A stretch of DNA of 64,000 nt, from IMG/VR virus record IMGVR_UViG_3300024239_000011, positions 372,001-436,000 of that record, one strand, 5' to 3'. The position numbers and the translations under genes were made by a program. How positions within the stretch are numbered: position 1 is the stretch's first letter; each line of letters starts with the position of its first letter. The notes beneath the pieces were generated by a model. It was not told the origin of the DNA. It made no database searches and saw only the letters and a program-made list of their open reading frames with translations. Shown piece after piece: positions 17,482-25,412 of this stretch.

Positions 17482-19113
17482 TCATGCCGCCAACATCTTA
17501 CCCAGGTCTTGGTCAATTTCGACACCCACTGCCATCTTGAAGTAGGTACCGGACTTCTTCTTCATCGACTTACGGTCGGCATACCACCGAGCCAACAAAC
17601 CCGGAATAACGCCTTCAATATCGGTACGAAAGATGGTGCCGTTGGCAGACAAGCAGAGGTTGCTCCCCTCGGCAAAAATCCACTCGTAGATTTCCTTTGC
17701 GGTCATTTCGTCCGAACGGGACATGGGTACCCCATTCTTGTCGAAATCAACGGTTAAGGTCACATCGCTCTGCTTCATAACCTCTTGGAATTCGACCGAG
17801 CCGAACATTTCATGCCATGCGTCCGTTGGACTCATACCGTCCGCGATACGTTGGTCAATGAGACGGCGCGTCATGGTCTGGCGAATTTGCCCAACCACGG
17901 TTTCCGGGGACATGTTCAATGCGCGAATGCACGACGGGTACAGCGAGTTAATGTCGCAGGCACCTACCCAGCGGTGTAGACCGGTAATAGGGTCACGAAC
18001 GTAAGCGCCCGCCGCCTTGCCTTCCTGCCGAAACCCACGCTTATCAAAGACAATGAAACCGCGCTCATGCGCCTCGTTCACAATGGCTTGGTCGATGATC
18101 GCCACCGAACCCATTGTCGCCTTGAAATCCACACAGATCGAGTGCGCAAGCTGATTGTGAAGCTCGATGAACTTCTTCTTGCGGTCAATCTTCACCAGCA
18201 GCATGGTATCCTGCCGGTTATAGGCGATGAACTTGTTGAAGTCCTTGTTATACAAATCGTGCAGCGACCCTTCGTAAGGGGTCTTGTTCTCATTCACCTC
18301 AAGCTCGCCCACGAAGTCCAGCTTGTAGCTATGAAGCTCCTGATAGGTGTTCTTCTTGTACAGTTCGAGATAGTCAAGGTGTGCCTTACCAACAGTGTCG
18401 AAGGTAAAGACTGTCTTGTTGAACTGCTCGTACTCGCGGCGTACCGGTTCTTTGTCCCACAAACACATACCCTTGGTGTATTCATCACCAAGCGCCTTCT
18501 TGATGCGCAGAACCATGTAGGGAATATCGAAGCCCGTCGAGTTCCAGCCGGTAAATACGTCAACGTCCTCAACGACTTTGAGAAACATTTCCAACATGTC
18601 CCGTTCATTCTTGAACAGGTAGGTGTTGTCAAATTCCGCAACCGCTTCCTTGGCCTCGTCCCATGTCATGGTCTTGGGCGGGACCGCAAGCGTGATCATC
18701 GTGTCAGCCCAACTCAGGTAGACCGAGATCGCATTTACCGGTGCGTAGGGGTTCTCTGGGTTTGAAAAACCGATATCCGGGGAATAATCAACTTCGATAT
18801 CCAGGCATCCTAAATTCAATACCGGTGTCGGTTTTCCGTGATAATGTTCGTATAAAGTATTGAACAATACATTGGTATCGCTTTCAAAAAGGGACTGACC
18901 ATCAAGTTCCTGTTTTTTTGCATAAAACTTGCTTCGATTATTTGTCTCAAATTTTGATAGACGTTCTCCAAAAATGGAGTTGTAGTCACCATTTTTATCA
19001 CGGTAGTAAAGCCTATATGACGGCTCTATCTTGCGTTCTACTCGTTTTCCTGCAACACGTTCAGAAACAAGAATCTTGTCCTCATCTCGATCAAGTATGG
19101 CATCAACATACAT
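17482..19113 (-). CDS. Family B DNA polymerase, N-terminal subunit (N-domain, 3'-5' exonuclease, motif A, first fingers helix)
   Basis: ExoI LDIE, ExoII WNSTGFDIPY, ExoIII YNRQD, motif A DINSLYPS, G.IPGLL..WY..RK. Confidence 0.95.
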   Translation of the reverse strand: MYVDAILDRDEDKILVSERVAGKRVERKIEPSYRLYYRDKNGDYNSIFGERLSKFETNNRSKFYAKKQELDGQSLFESDTNVLFNTLYEHYHGKPTPVLNLGCLDIEVDYSPDIGFSNPENPYAPVNAISVYLSWADTMITLAVPPKTMTWDEAKEAVAEFDNTYLFKNERDMLEMFLKVVEDVDVFTGWNSTGFDIPYMVLRIKKALGDEYTKGMCLWDKEPVRREYEQFNKTVFTFDTVGKAHLDYLELYKKNTYQELHSYKLDFVGELEVNENKTPYEGSLHDLYNKDFNKFIAYNRQDTMLLVKIDRKKKFIELHNQLAHSICVDFKATMGSVAIIDQAIVNEAHERGFIVFDKRGFRQEGKAAGAYVRDPITGLHRWVGACDINSLYPSCIRALNMSPETVVGQIRQTMTRRLIDQRIADGMSPTDAWHEMFGSVEFQEVMKQSDVTLTVDFDKNGVPMSRSDEMTAKEIYEWIFAEGSNLCLSANGTIFRTDIEGVIPGLLARWYADRKSMKKKSGTYFKMAVGVEIDQDLGKMLAA

Positions 19114-19126
19114 ATAAACACCTCGG

Positions 19127-19408
19127 TTAAACTAGCGAGCGGAACAAACCAAGAACATTGATCGCAGCAAAAACCACGTTCAATGCCATAATAAAAGCAT
19201 TATTTCTCATGATTGCCGACGTAATCAAACATACGTTACTCACGAGAAAAATGGTGTATAAAAGCTGGAAGGGAGTCGCCTGCTGATAGATTGCCATCAA
19301 GACTGCACCCGCCATTCCGGCGATGGTACCGACAACTTCAATCAGCAATGCGACTCGCTTATTAGCCCAGTCGTCCATGATCTGTGAAAAGAGGTTCGGA
19401 CGATCCAC
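19127..19408 (-). CDS. Small 3-TM membrane protein
   Basis: Three hydrophobic segments; terminal INVLGL. Confidence 0.65.
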   Translation of the reverse strand: MDRPNLFSQIMDDWANKRVALLIEVVGTIAGMAGAVLMAIYQQATPFQLLYTIFLVSNVCLITSAIMRNNAFIMALNVVFAAINVLGLFRSLV

Positions 19409-19413
19409 TGGAT

Positions 19414-19704
19414 TTACTCAGCGGAACCGGCCATGGCTTCATCAAGATAGCCAGCACGATGTAGAAGCTGCTCGACCACACCGATCTTGTCCTGCTCATC
19501 ACCAAGCGAACGCTTATGGGCAACGGCAAGCGCCTTCGACAGATCGGCAGGCTTCACGTCCAGCTTCTCAGCCAGGGACTTGGTAGCCTCCTTCAGACCT
19601 TCCTTCATATAAGCAATGTCGTTAAGGGTCTGAATACCTTCCTTGATGAAGGACTCCAGTTCAGGATCGTGGTTGCCGGGGGTAACGGTGGCGTCATCAG
19701 CCAT
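19414..19704 (-). CDS. T4 DsbA / GapR-like double-stranded DNA-binding protein
   Basis: Helical L..FIKEG...I...KE.LKE....AEKLDVKP..L.KA..VAHK pattern; next to the polymerase; TTGACC-N18-TAAGAT at 19763-19792. Confidence 0.6.
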   Translation of the reverse strand: MADDATVTPGNHDPELESFIKEGIQTLNDIAYMKEGLKEATKSLAEKLDVKPADLSKALAVAHKRSLGDEQDKIGVVEQLLHRAGYLDEAMAGSAE

Positions 19705-19822
19705 TTAAATCTCCATTAGGAATCTTGCCAGTGAAAAAGCCCGATCTCTCGGTTACTGGGCGATCTTATGGAGTCTGATCAGTGGGGGTCAATTTAAAAC
19801 CGGGCAGGCGGCCAACCGGTGA

Positions 19823-20176
19823 TTACTTCTTCGTTTTCTTGGAGTTCCGGTGTTGTTTCCAAGCAGTGGCATAGAGAACGTCTTGCCATTTCTTACCATA
19901 CCGCTCCTTAAACTCTGGTTTGCGGTCGTTGATCCACCCTTCCATTCCGGGCGGTGCCACTTCCATTACTTGCCCCTCGGATATTGTCCGAACGACAATG
20001 GCGGATTCGCCTAGGAACGACTCAAATGCCTTTTTGGTGTCAAAGTCGTTCCGGCGAAGGTTTCCAAGCTGATCCAAGAACATCACCGAGAATTTCTTCA
20101 TCAGCGGAACAAGAGCTTCTGGGGTTTGTTCAAACCCATCAATGATCTCGGATAATAACATGGCGGCAATCCCCAT
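19823..20176 (-). CDS. Hypothetical late protein
   Basis: APPGME.WI...K..FK.RYG...VLYATAWK motif; TAAATA at 20193; alternative start MLLSEII. Confidence 0.65.
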   Translation of the reverse strand: MGIAAMLLSEIIDGFEQTPEALVPLMKKFSVMFLDQLGNLRRNDFDTKKAFESFLGESAIVVRTISEGQVMEVAPPGMEGWINDRKPEFKERYGKKWQDVLYATAWKQHRNSKKTKK

Positions 20177-20179
20177 TTA

Positions 20180-20689
20180 CTAGTTCTCATCGTATTTAGC
20201 CATATCCTCCATATCCTTTGTAATACGGCGCTTAGCGTCCCACCGCTTACCACTCTTCTCAGCCTTGCGCTGACCGCGCCGGGTTTCACTGTGACGAGCC
20301 GTCAGAAACACCTTGTACCGATGAGGGGAATTATCAGGAAAACCCTTATAGAGTTCCTTCACCCGATACACCCACTCGACCGCCGCATCCAAACTTACAA
20401 ACGGTCCAATGGGATCGGGAACCGGAACCCAATATGGTCCCACATATTCAGTATCACCCGTGAGGATACATGAATAGCTATTCCGCCAATGATTACCACC
20501 AATATAATACCGCCCGAATTCAAAATACCGAAACCCCTTGTACGGTTGTGTGTATTCTTCCTCGGTGTACCAACCCGCCCCCCTTGGCGAATCTTCAACA
20601 TAGGCGAACTTCCAGCCCTTTCGTTCACAGATTTGCCGCTTGGTTCCAGCCGACCAACGACCATCATTCCTTGCACGTGCGCGTGACAT
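20180..20689 (-). CDS. Hypothetical basic protein
   Basis: 169-aa ORF with SD GGAGG. Confidence 0.65.
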   Translation of the reverse strand: MSRARARNDGRWSAGTKRQICERKGWKFAYVEDSPRGAGWYTEEEYTQPYKGFRYFEFGRYYIGGNHWRNSYSCILTGDTEYVGPYWVPVPDPIGPFVSLDAAVEWVYRVKELYKGFPDNSPHRYKVFLTARHSETRRGQRKAEKSGKRWDAKRRITKDMEDMAKYDEN

Positions 20690-20788
20690 GCGTCGCCTCC
20701 CTGATCTTCTTGTTATGCCCTAAGAGGTATTTCACAACTCCGTCATACCAATCGTGTTCTTCACGATCATATTCGGTCATTTCGATGG

Positions 20789-21027
20789 GCGTTCCATGGG
20801 TTGGCGAACGCAGCAGCCATTACCGGCACGCGGACGCAATTCGGATGTTTGGTGGAATCAGCCTAATCCGGAAACAATCGTTCCAGCATTAGGCGCGTAT
20901 ACCGCATAGTCAGATAGTGCGGTCATACCTTGATGAAAACCTCGGCATATAGAGGTTTTCAAAGAGATATCATTGCCACGCAAGTATCTCTGAGCGTTAC
21001 TATACAACTCAAACAAATATCTGTCAA
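20789..21027 (-). ncRNA. Candidate structured non-coding RNA or leader behind a consensus sigma70 promoter
   Basis: TTGACA-N17-TATAGT (20999-21027) followed by five hairpins; no minus-strand ORF of 60 aa or more. Confidence 0.45.
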
Positions 21028-21031
21028 TAGG

Positions 21032-21676
21032 CTATATCGCCAACCGCTTGTATTCACTCAACATCGCACCCGACCGCTTCCAATTGTCACTTTCCGGGAT
21101 GTCACGATTGTATTCAGACCACCGTGGACCGCGCTGAATTACAGTATGAAGAGGATACTGGTTATATTCAACCACCTCGACAATACCGAGATTGATCATA
21201 GAAACGATAATTCGTTCAGTATTGGGCGTGCTGTGCCAGATCGCACCCCACATACGCGGTTGATGTGGAAACGGCGCTACGTACCCCATCATTTGCATGG
21301 TGGATTTACCAAGCTTGCGCACCTTACCCTTCATGATCTTGGCTTTCGCCGCATCATCTAGAATGGGGGTGGTGATGCTCTTGATGTATGCCGCATGCTG
21401 TTTCTGCCTTTTGGTAGTGTAAGCGTCAATGCGCTCCTGAATTTCGTCTTCTTCCTCAAGAGCAAATTCACGCCCTTGCTGCTGGACCAGCATAGCTGCC
21501 CGACGAATAACCATCAGAGGTTCTTCGGGGCGCGTGATCTGGTTCGCCACCAAATACATGCACACTTCCCCGACAACATCTACCACACGGGTATAGGTGC
21601 GATGGCGAAAAACCAACCGTTGTGCCAGTTCCGGCTTGAACGCGGCAATCGCATCGATCAATTCTTGGCGGCGCAT
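21032..21676 (-). CDS. Hypothetical protein
   Basis: 214 aa; SD GGAG; TTGACA-N18-TATGAT at 21703-21732. Confidence 0.7.
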   Translation of the reverse strand: MRRQELIDAIAAFKPELAQRLVFRHRTYTRVVDVVGEVCMYLVANQITRPEEPLMVIRRAAMLVQQQGREFALEEEDEIQERIDAYTTKRQKQHAAYIKSITTPILDDAAKAKIMKGKVRKLGKSTMQMMGYVAPFPHQPRMWGAIWHSTPNTERIIVSMINLGIVEVVEYNQYPLHTVIQRGPRWSEYNRDIPESDNWKRSGAMLSEYKRLAI

Positions 21677-21744
21677 GGCACGTTGTCTCCGAATACTTGA
21701 CCATCATAATATTCGTGACTCGTATTTGTCAAGTGATGCACAAG

Positions 21745-21776
21745 AAAAAGGGCTGATCTTGCGACCAGCCCTTTTT
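21745..21776. terminator. Intrinsic terminator (bidirectional type)
   Basis: aaaaagggctg-N10-cagcccttttt. Confidence 0.8.
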
Positions 21777-21811
21777 ACGCTTCCTGAATGTTCGAGAGAC
21801 AGGGGCGCAGA

Positions 21812-22297
21812 TTACGTCGGGAAGTTGAACTTACCGAAGCCACTGGCGGCGCGCTTGACGCCGGTCGGGTCGGTGTTGTCGTCATTGACCACCGGAGCGG
21901 GGGTCGAAGTGGGAACGGAAACCGCCGGGACACTGGACATGGGCTGGGTGGTCGAAGTCGATCCGGTCGTCACGGCGGTGCCATGCAGCGCATCGAACTC
22001 GTCAGGGGTCATGGCGTGCTGATTGGTGGCGTCGTAGTTGGACGCCGACTCGTTCGGCGGCAGATACAGGGTGGCGACGACGTGCTGACCGTCCTCGCTG
22101 CGGACGACGGTGATCTGCTCTTCACGATAGCTGTAGTTGGACAGCGCCAGGACGTTGGTGTGCAGGTAATCGCGCACCTGACGGGTGCGGACCCACGTAC
22201 CACGCTTCTTGACTTCGTTGGCGATATCCACGCTGGTGAACATCTTGCCCTGCCCGATGTATTCCTGAACAACGGCTTCGATCTTATCCTGGCTCAT
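21812..22297 (-). CDS. Hypothetical protein, probable winged-helix N-domain and Thr/Ser/Pro-rich tail
   Basis: FTSVDIANEVK...RQVRDYL helices followed by a beta wing; TTGACT-N17-TATTAT at 22327-22355. Confidence 0.65.
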   Translation of the reverse strand: MSQDKIEAVVQEYIGQGKMFTSVDIANEVKKRGTWVRTRQVRDYLHTNVLALSNYSYREEQITVVRSEDGQHVVATLYLPPNESASNYDATNQHAMTPDEFDALHGTAVTTGSTSTTQPMSSVPAVSVPTSTPAPVVNDDNTDPTGVKRAASGFGKFNFPT

Positions 22298-22370
22298 GGC
22301 AAATACCCCGAGAAATGGTTTAAAAAATAATAGATGTTTTCTTTTAAAAAGTCAACCCACCACACAAATT

Positions 22371-22404
22371 TCGCGAGGTATCTGCCCCTGTAGATACCTC
22401 GCGA
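22371..22404. terminator. 13-bp stem just past the PARP stop
   Basis: tcgcgaggtatct-N8-agatacctcgcga. Confidence 0.6.
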
Positions 22405-22411
22405 CTTGTTT

Positions 22412-23932
22412 CTAGCGTTGTTCCAGTTCGATCAGGTGAGTAATCGTGGACTGGGCGGGATCAGCGACGATGAATTCATCGTTCGCCAGATCAGCACCAC
22501 CAGGGGCGTAGATCGAGTTGAAACCACGCGGAGTACCCGACGATAGGGCACGCGGGGCACAGTGAATCTTGCCCATGGTGAACTTGGTGATGAACAGGAA
22601 GGCGTTGCCGCGATGACCGCTGTTGGACAGACCCGACCGCGACCAGTTATTGAGGGCGTAATTCAGAGCCTTCGTGGACACGTTGGCGGCATAGACGCCA
22701 TTACCGTACATACGACCGGTCACGCCCGGCGCGTTCACCGGGGGAACGTAGAAACCATTCATCATGATCGACAGGACGTTGCGGTTCGGGGAACCATGGA
22801 ACAGGTCCACCACGTCATAGTCGCTGACGATGGTCTTGCCACCGCCGGGACGCTTGTGACCGATGATGGTACCAGCAGCACCCTGCTTGGCAGCTTCCAT
22901 GCGCTCCATCATCTTCATGAAACGGGCACGTTCCGCAATGCCTTCCACGTCGTAGCAACGAACCGGCTTCCAGCTATCCAACTGACGATGGTTACGGGTG
23001 CTGTTGAGGTAGTGAAACAGCGTTTCGGTGGTGTCGCGATCCGACATGAACATCTTGATCGGCAGATCGGGCGCCTTACCGTCGTCGGCGTCGTTGGTGA
23101 TCTGCACAGTGGACTTCATCTGGTCCAGCAGATCGTATTCCGCCAGCAACTTCGCCATGTCGAAAATCAGGTCGCTGTCCTGAATAGTATAACCGCGAGC
23201 AAATGGGCGCGGAATCAGCGAGAAAGTCTGGGTATTCAAATCACGGAAATCGCGATTGGACATGTCGGCGCTCGAACCATCGGTCGGGATGAAATTCTTC
23301 AGATCATCCAGCACCGCCAACGCCCGGTTGATGTGATCCAAGGTCAGCGGACCCAGCGGGGTTTCCAGACCATGGGCGGTCATCTTGAATGTAGTCGCCG
23401 TGGTAATGTTGTGAATGTTCTCTTGGAACAGTTGACTGAGAACCTTCTGAACCTGCGGCTCGGAGAACTGACTGAACATGGCAGCCAGACCGCTGTTGCC
23501 ATTCGTTTTCGAGACAGAGGCAGTCGCGGCAGCACCACTCACCTTGCGGATATTGGGCGAACCCACGGTCGGCTGAACCACGTCCACCTTGACGTAGTTT
23601 TCGCGATACTTAGTGCCGTCAGCGGCAGTCTTGGACTTGCCCTTTTCCTTGTCCTTGACGATGGTGGCGAACTCGGCTTCCAGCGACGACAGGTCGGTGT
23701 CGGGACCGCGAACGTCGTACACACCGCCGTCAGCGGTACCGCCCGCCAGACGACCGTAGTGCGAGAACAAGCGATATTGCCCGGTGGACTCGTTGTGCAT
23801 TAGTTCCAAACAGTAGAATTTGTTATTATTCCCGTCCACGTTGCTACACATGAGCAAAGCCCACTTAATAGTTTTATCAAAACCATCCGTGTCGTCAGTG
23901 GGGACTTTAACTGCGCGATAGGACTTGGACAT
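22412..23932 (-). CDS. Poly(ADP-ribose) polymerase (WGR + regulatory helical + catalytic domain)
   Basis: NNNKFY...HYGR (WGR); TPLGPLT..HI..A (regulatory); LFHGS, GRMYGNGVYAA..STKALNY, NDEFIV (H-Y-E triad); TTGACA-N16-TAAGAT at 23962-23989. Confidence 0.92.
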   Translation of the reverse strand: MSKSYRAVKVPTDDTDGFDKTIKWALLMCSNVDGNNNKFYCLELMHNESTGQYRLFSHYGRLAGGTADGGVYDVRGPDTDLSSLEAEFATIVKDKEKGKSKTAADGTKYRENYVKVDVVQPTVGSPNIRKVSGAAATASVSKTNGNSGLAAMFSQFSEPQVQKVLSQLFQENIHNITTATTFKMTAHGLETPLGPLTLDHINRALAVLDDLKNFIPTDGSSADMSNRDFRDLNTQTFSLIPRPFARGYTIQDSDLIFDMAKLLAEYDLLDQMKSTVQITNDADDGKAPDLPIKMFMSDRDTTETLFHYLNSTRNHRQLDSWKPVRCYDVEGIAERARFMKMMERMEAAKQGAAGTIIGHKRPGGGKTIVSDYDVVDLFHGSPNRNVLSIMMNGFYVPPVNAPGVTGRMYGNGVYAANVSTKALNYALNNWSRSGLSNSGHRGNAFLFITKFTMGKIHCAPRALSSGTPRGFNSIYAPGGADLANDEFIVADPAQSTITHLIELEQR

Positions 23933-24021
23933 ATTGATGCTCCAACGAATCATTTGACCGCATCTTAACGTCAAAAATTAAATTGTCAATGGGAAGAACA
24001 ATAAATATAATATAAGAAACT

Positions 24022-25182
24022 ATGGAGAAAATTATGCCAATCTGTAAACATTGTGGCACAGAAACCACACATATCCCAACTCATTATCGACTGCACTGCC
24101 AAGAGTATAAAGAATTCATCACCCAAATTGAAGAGAAACTTACCAAAGAATTTATGATCGCCGAATACATTATTGCTGAAAAATCAGTGGTTGATTTAAC
24201 ACGAGAACTTGGTTTGGAAAAAGGGCGATTGATTGAACAGAAACTCGATGAATATGGTATCGTGCGCCGTCGTAATTACTCATCCACTAAAACCGTCCGT
24301 GATAAGAAGAAACAAACCTATCGTGAACGGTATGGCGTCGATCATCAATCTCAGATCGATACAGTCAAAGAAAAGAAGAAACAAACCTATCGTGAACGGT
24401 ATGGCGTAGAGCATGCGTTGCAATATGCAGAATTTTTTGAAAAAGCTCGACAGACTACCCGCGAACGTTTTGGGGTTGACTACGCCCTTCAAACCGAGGA
24501 GTCCCGCGCAAAACAACGCCAAACTAATTTAGAACGTTATGGTGTTGAGTATTTGCAATCGCGCAATATGCAGGAACAATCAAAACAAACATGTTTAGAA
24601 AAATATGGGGTTGAATATGTGATGCAATCAAACGACATCAAAGCACGCATGGTTGCCACCCACACCGATTTATATGGCGGGATGCTCCGTGGATCACCGT
24701 CCATACGGGGACAAATAGAAAGGACAACTCTCAAACGGTATGGCGTGAAGAATATTTCTACTATAACCCGCGATAAAGCAAAAGCAACCTGTGTACGTCG
24801 TTATGGTGTTGAATTTGCTATGCAAAACCCAACGATTTATGAACAGCAACGCAAATCTGCGTTCCGACGCAAACTATTTGTTTTCCCATCAGGTCACAAA
24901 GAATATCTTCACGGCTATGAGCCGATGGTTATTCTCGACCTACTCAAAGCCGGAATACCCGAAGAGGAAATCATCACTTCTGCCCGCAAAATGCCAAAAA
25001 TCACCTACCAAACCTCCGATGGTAAAACCCACCGCTACTACCCAGACATCTACCTGCCACGATACAATATGTTCATTGAAGTGAAATCCATCTATACGTA
25101 TCGCGCCAACAAAGATATCAACCTACTAAAACGAGAAGCCTGCATTGATGCAGGCTTCCGTTTTAATTTTGCAATACGCTGA
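24022..25182 (+). CDS. Free-standing endonuclease-like protein with ~23-aa (R/K)YGV repeats and C-terminal PD-(D/E)XK domain
   Basis: CKHC...HC finger; about 8 YGV/FGV repeats; RYYPDIY...IEVKS; ATAAATA at 24001. Confidence 0.8.
   Translation: MEKIMPICKHCGTETTHIPTHYRLHCQEYKEFITQIEEKLTKEFMIAEYIIAEKSVVDLTRELGLEKGRLIEQKLDEYGIVRRRNYSSTKTVRDKKKQTYRERYGVDHQSQIDTVKEKKKQTYRERYGVEHALQYAEFFEKARQTTRERFGVDYALQTEESRAKQRQTNLERYGVEYLQSRNMQEQSKQTCLEKYGVEYVMQSNDIKARMVATHTDLYGGMLRGSPSIRGQIERTTLKRYGVKNISTITRDKAKATCVRRYGVEFAMQNPTIYEQQRKSAFRRKLFVFPSGHKEYLHGYEPMVILDLLKAGIPEEEIITSARKMPKITYQTSDGKTHRYYPDIYLPRYNMFIEVKSIYTYRANKDINLLKREACIDAGFRFNFAIR
24304..24407 (+). repeat. 35-bp exact direct repeat with 69-bp period inside the endonuclease gene
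   Basis: aagaagaaacaaacctatcgtgaacggtatggcgt at 24304 and 24373. Confidence 0.85.
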
Positions 25183-25187
25183 TCCGG

Positions 25188-25412
25188 TCACTTATCTACT
25201 TTTACCGGGAGATCAGGAATCTCCCGCGAAGAATAAGCGCAGATAATTTTGGTTTCCGGATGGGTCAGCCACCCACCACCAGCACCACTGCGCCACTCAA
25301 CATAAGTAACGACTTGCGGATTACAGTTTTGTGAAGGGCGAGTAGTGGGTTCGGTACCTTCAACACACCCAAATAGTGCTAAACAAGCACCAACAACTAA
25401 CATCTTACGCAT
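25188..25412 (-). CDS. Small putative lipoprotein
   Basis: MRKMLVVGACLALFGC lipobox; overlaps the metG stop. Confidence 0.55.
   Translation of the reverse strand: MRKMLVVGACLALFGCVEGTEPTTRPSQNCNPQVVTYVEWRSGAGGGWLTHPETKIICAYSSREIPDLPVKVDK

Noticed and set aside
10480-17560. Split intein or intron joining the polymerase halves
   Set aside because: No Cys/Ser-initiated intein N-block, no His-Asn end and no group I/II intron-like sequence at either junction
24304-24407. 35-bp direct repeats with a 34-bp spacer, superficially CRISPR-like
   Set aside because: Only two copies, in frame within a 23-aa protein repeat; no cas genes
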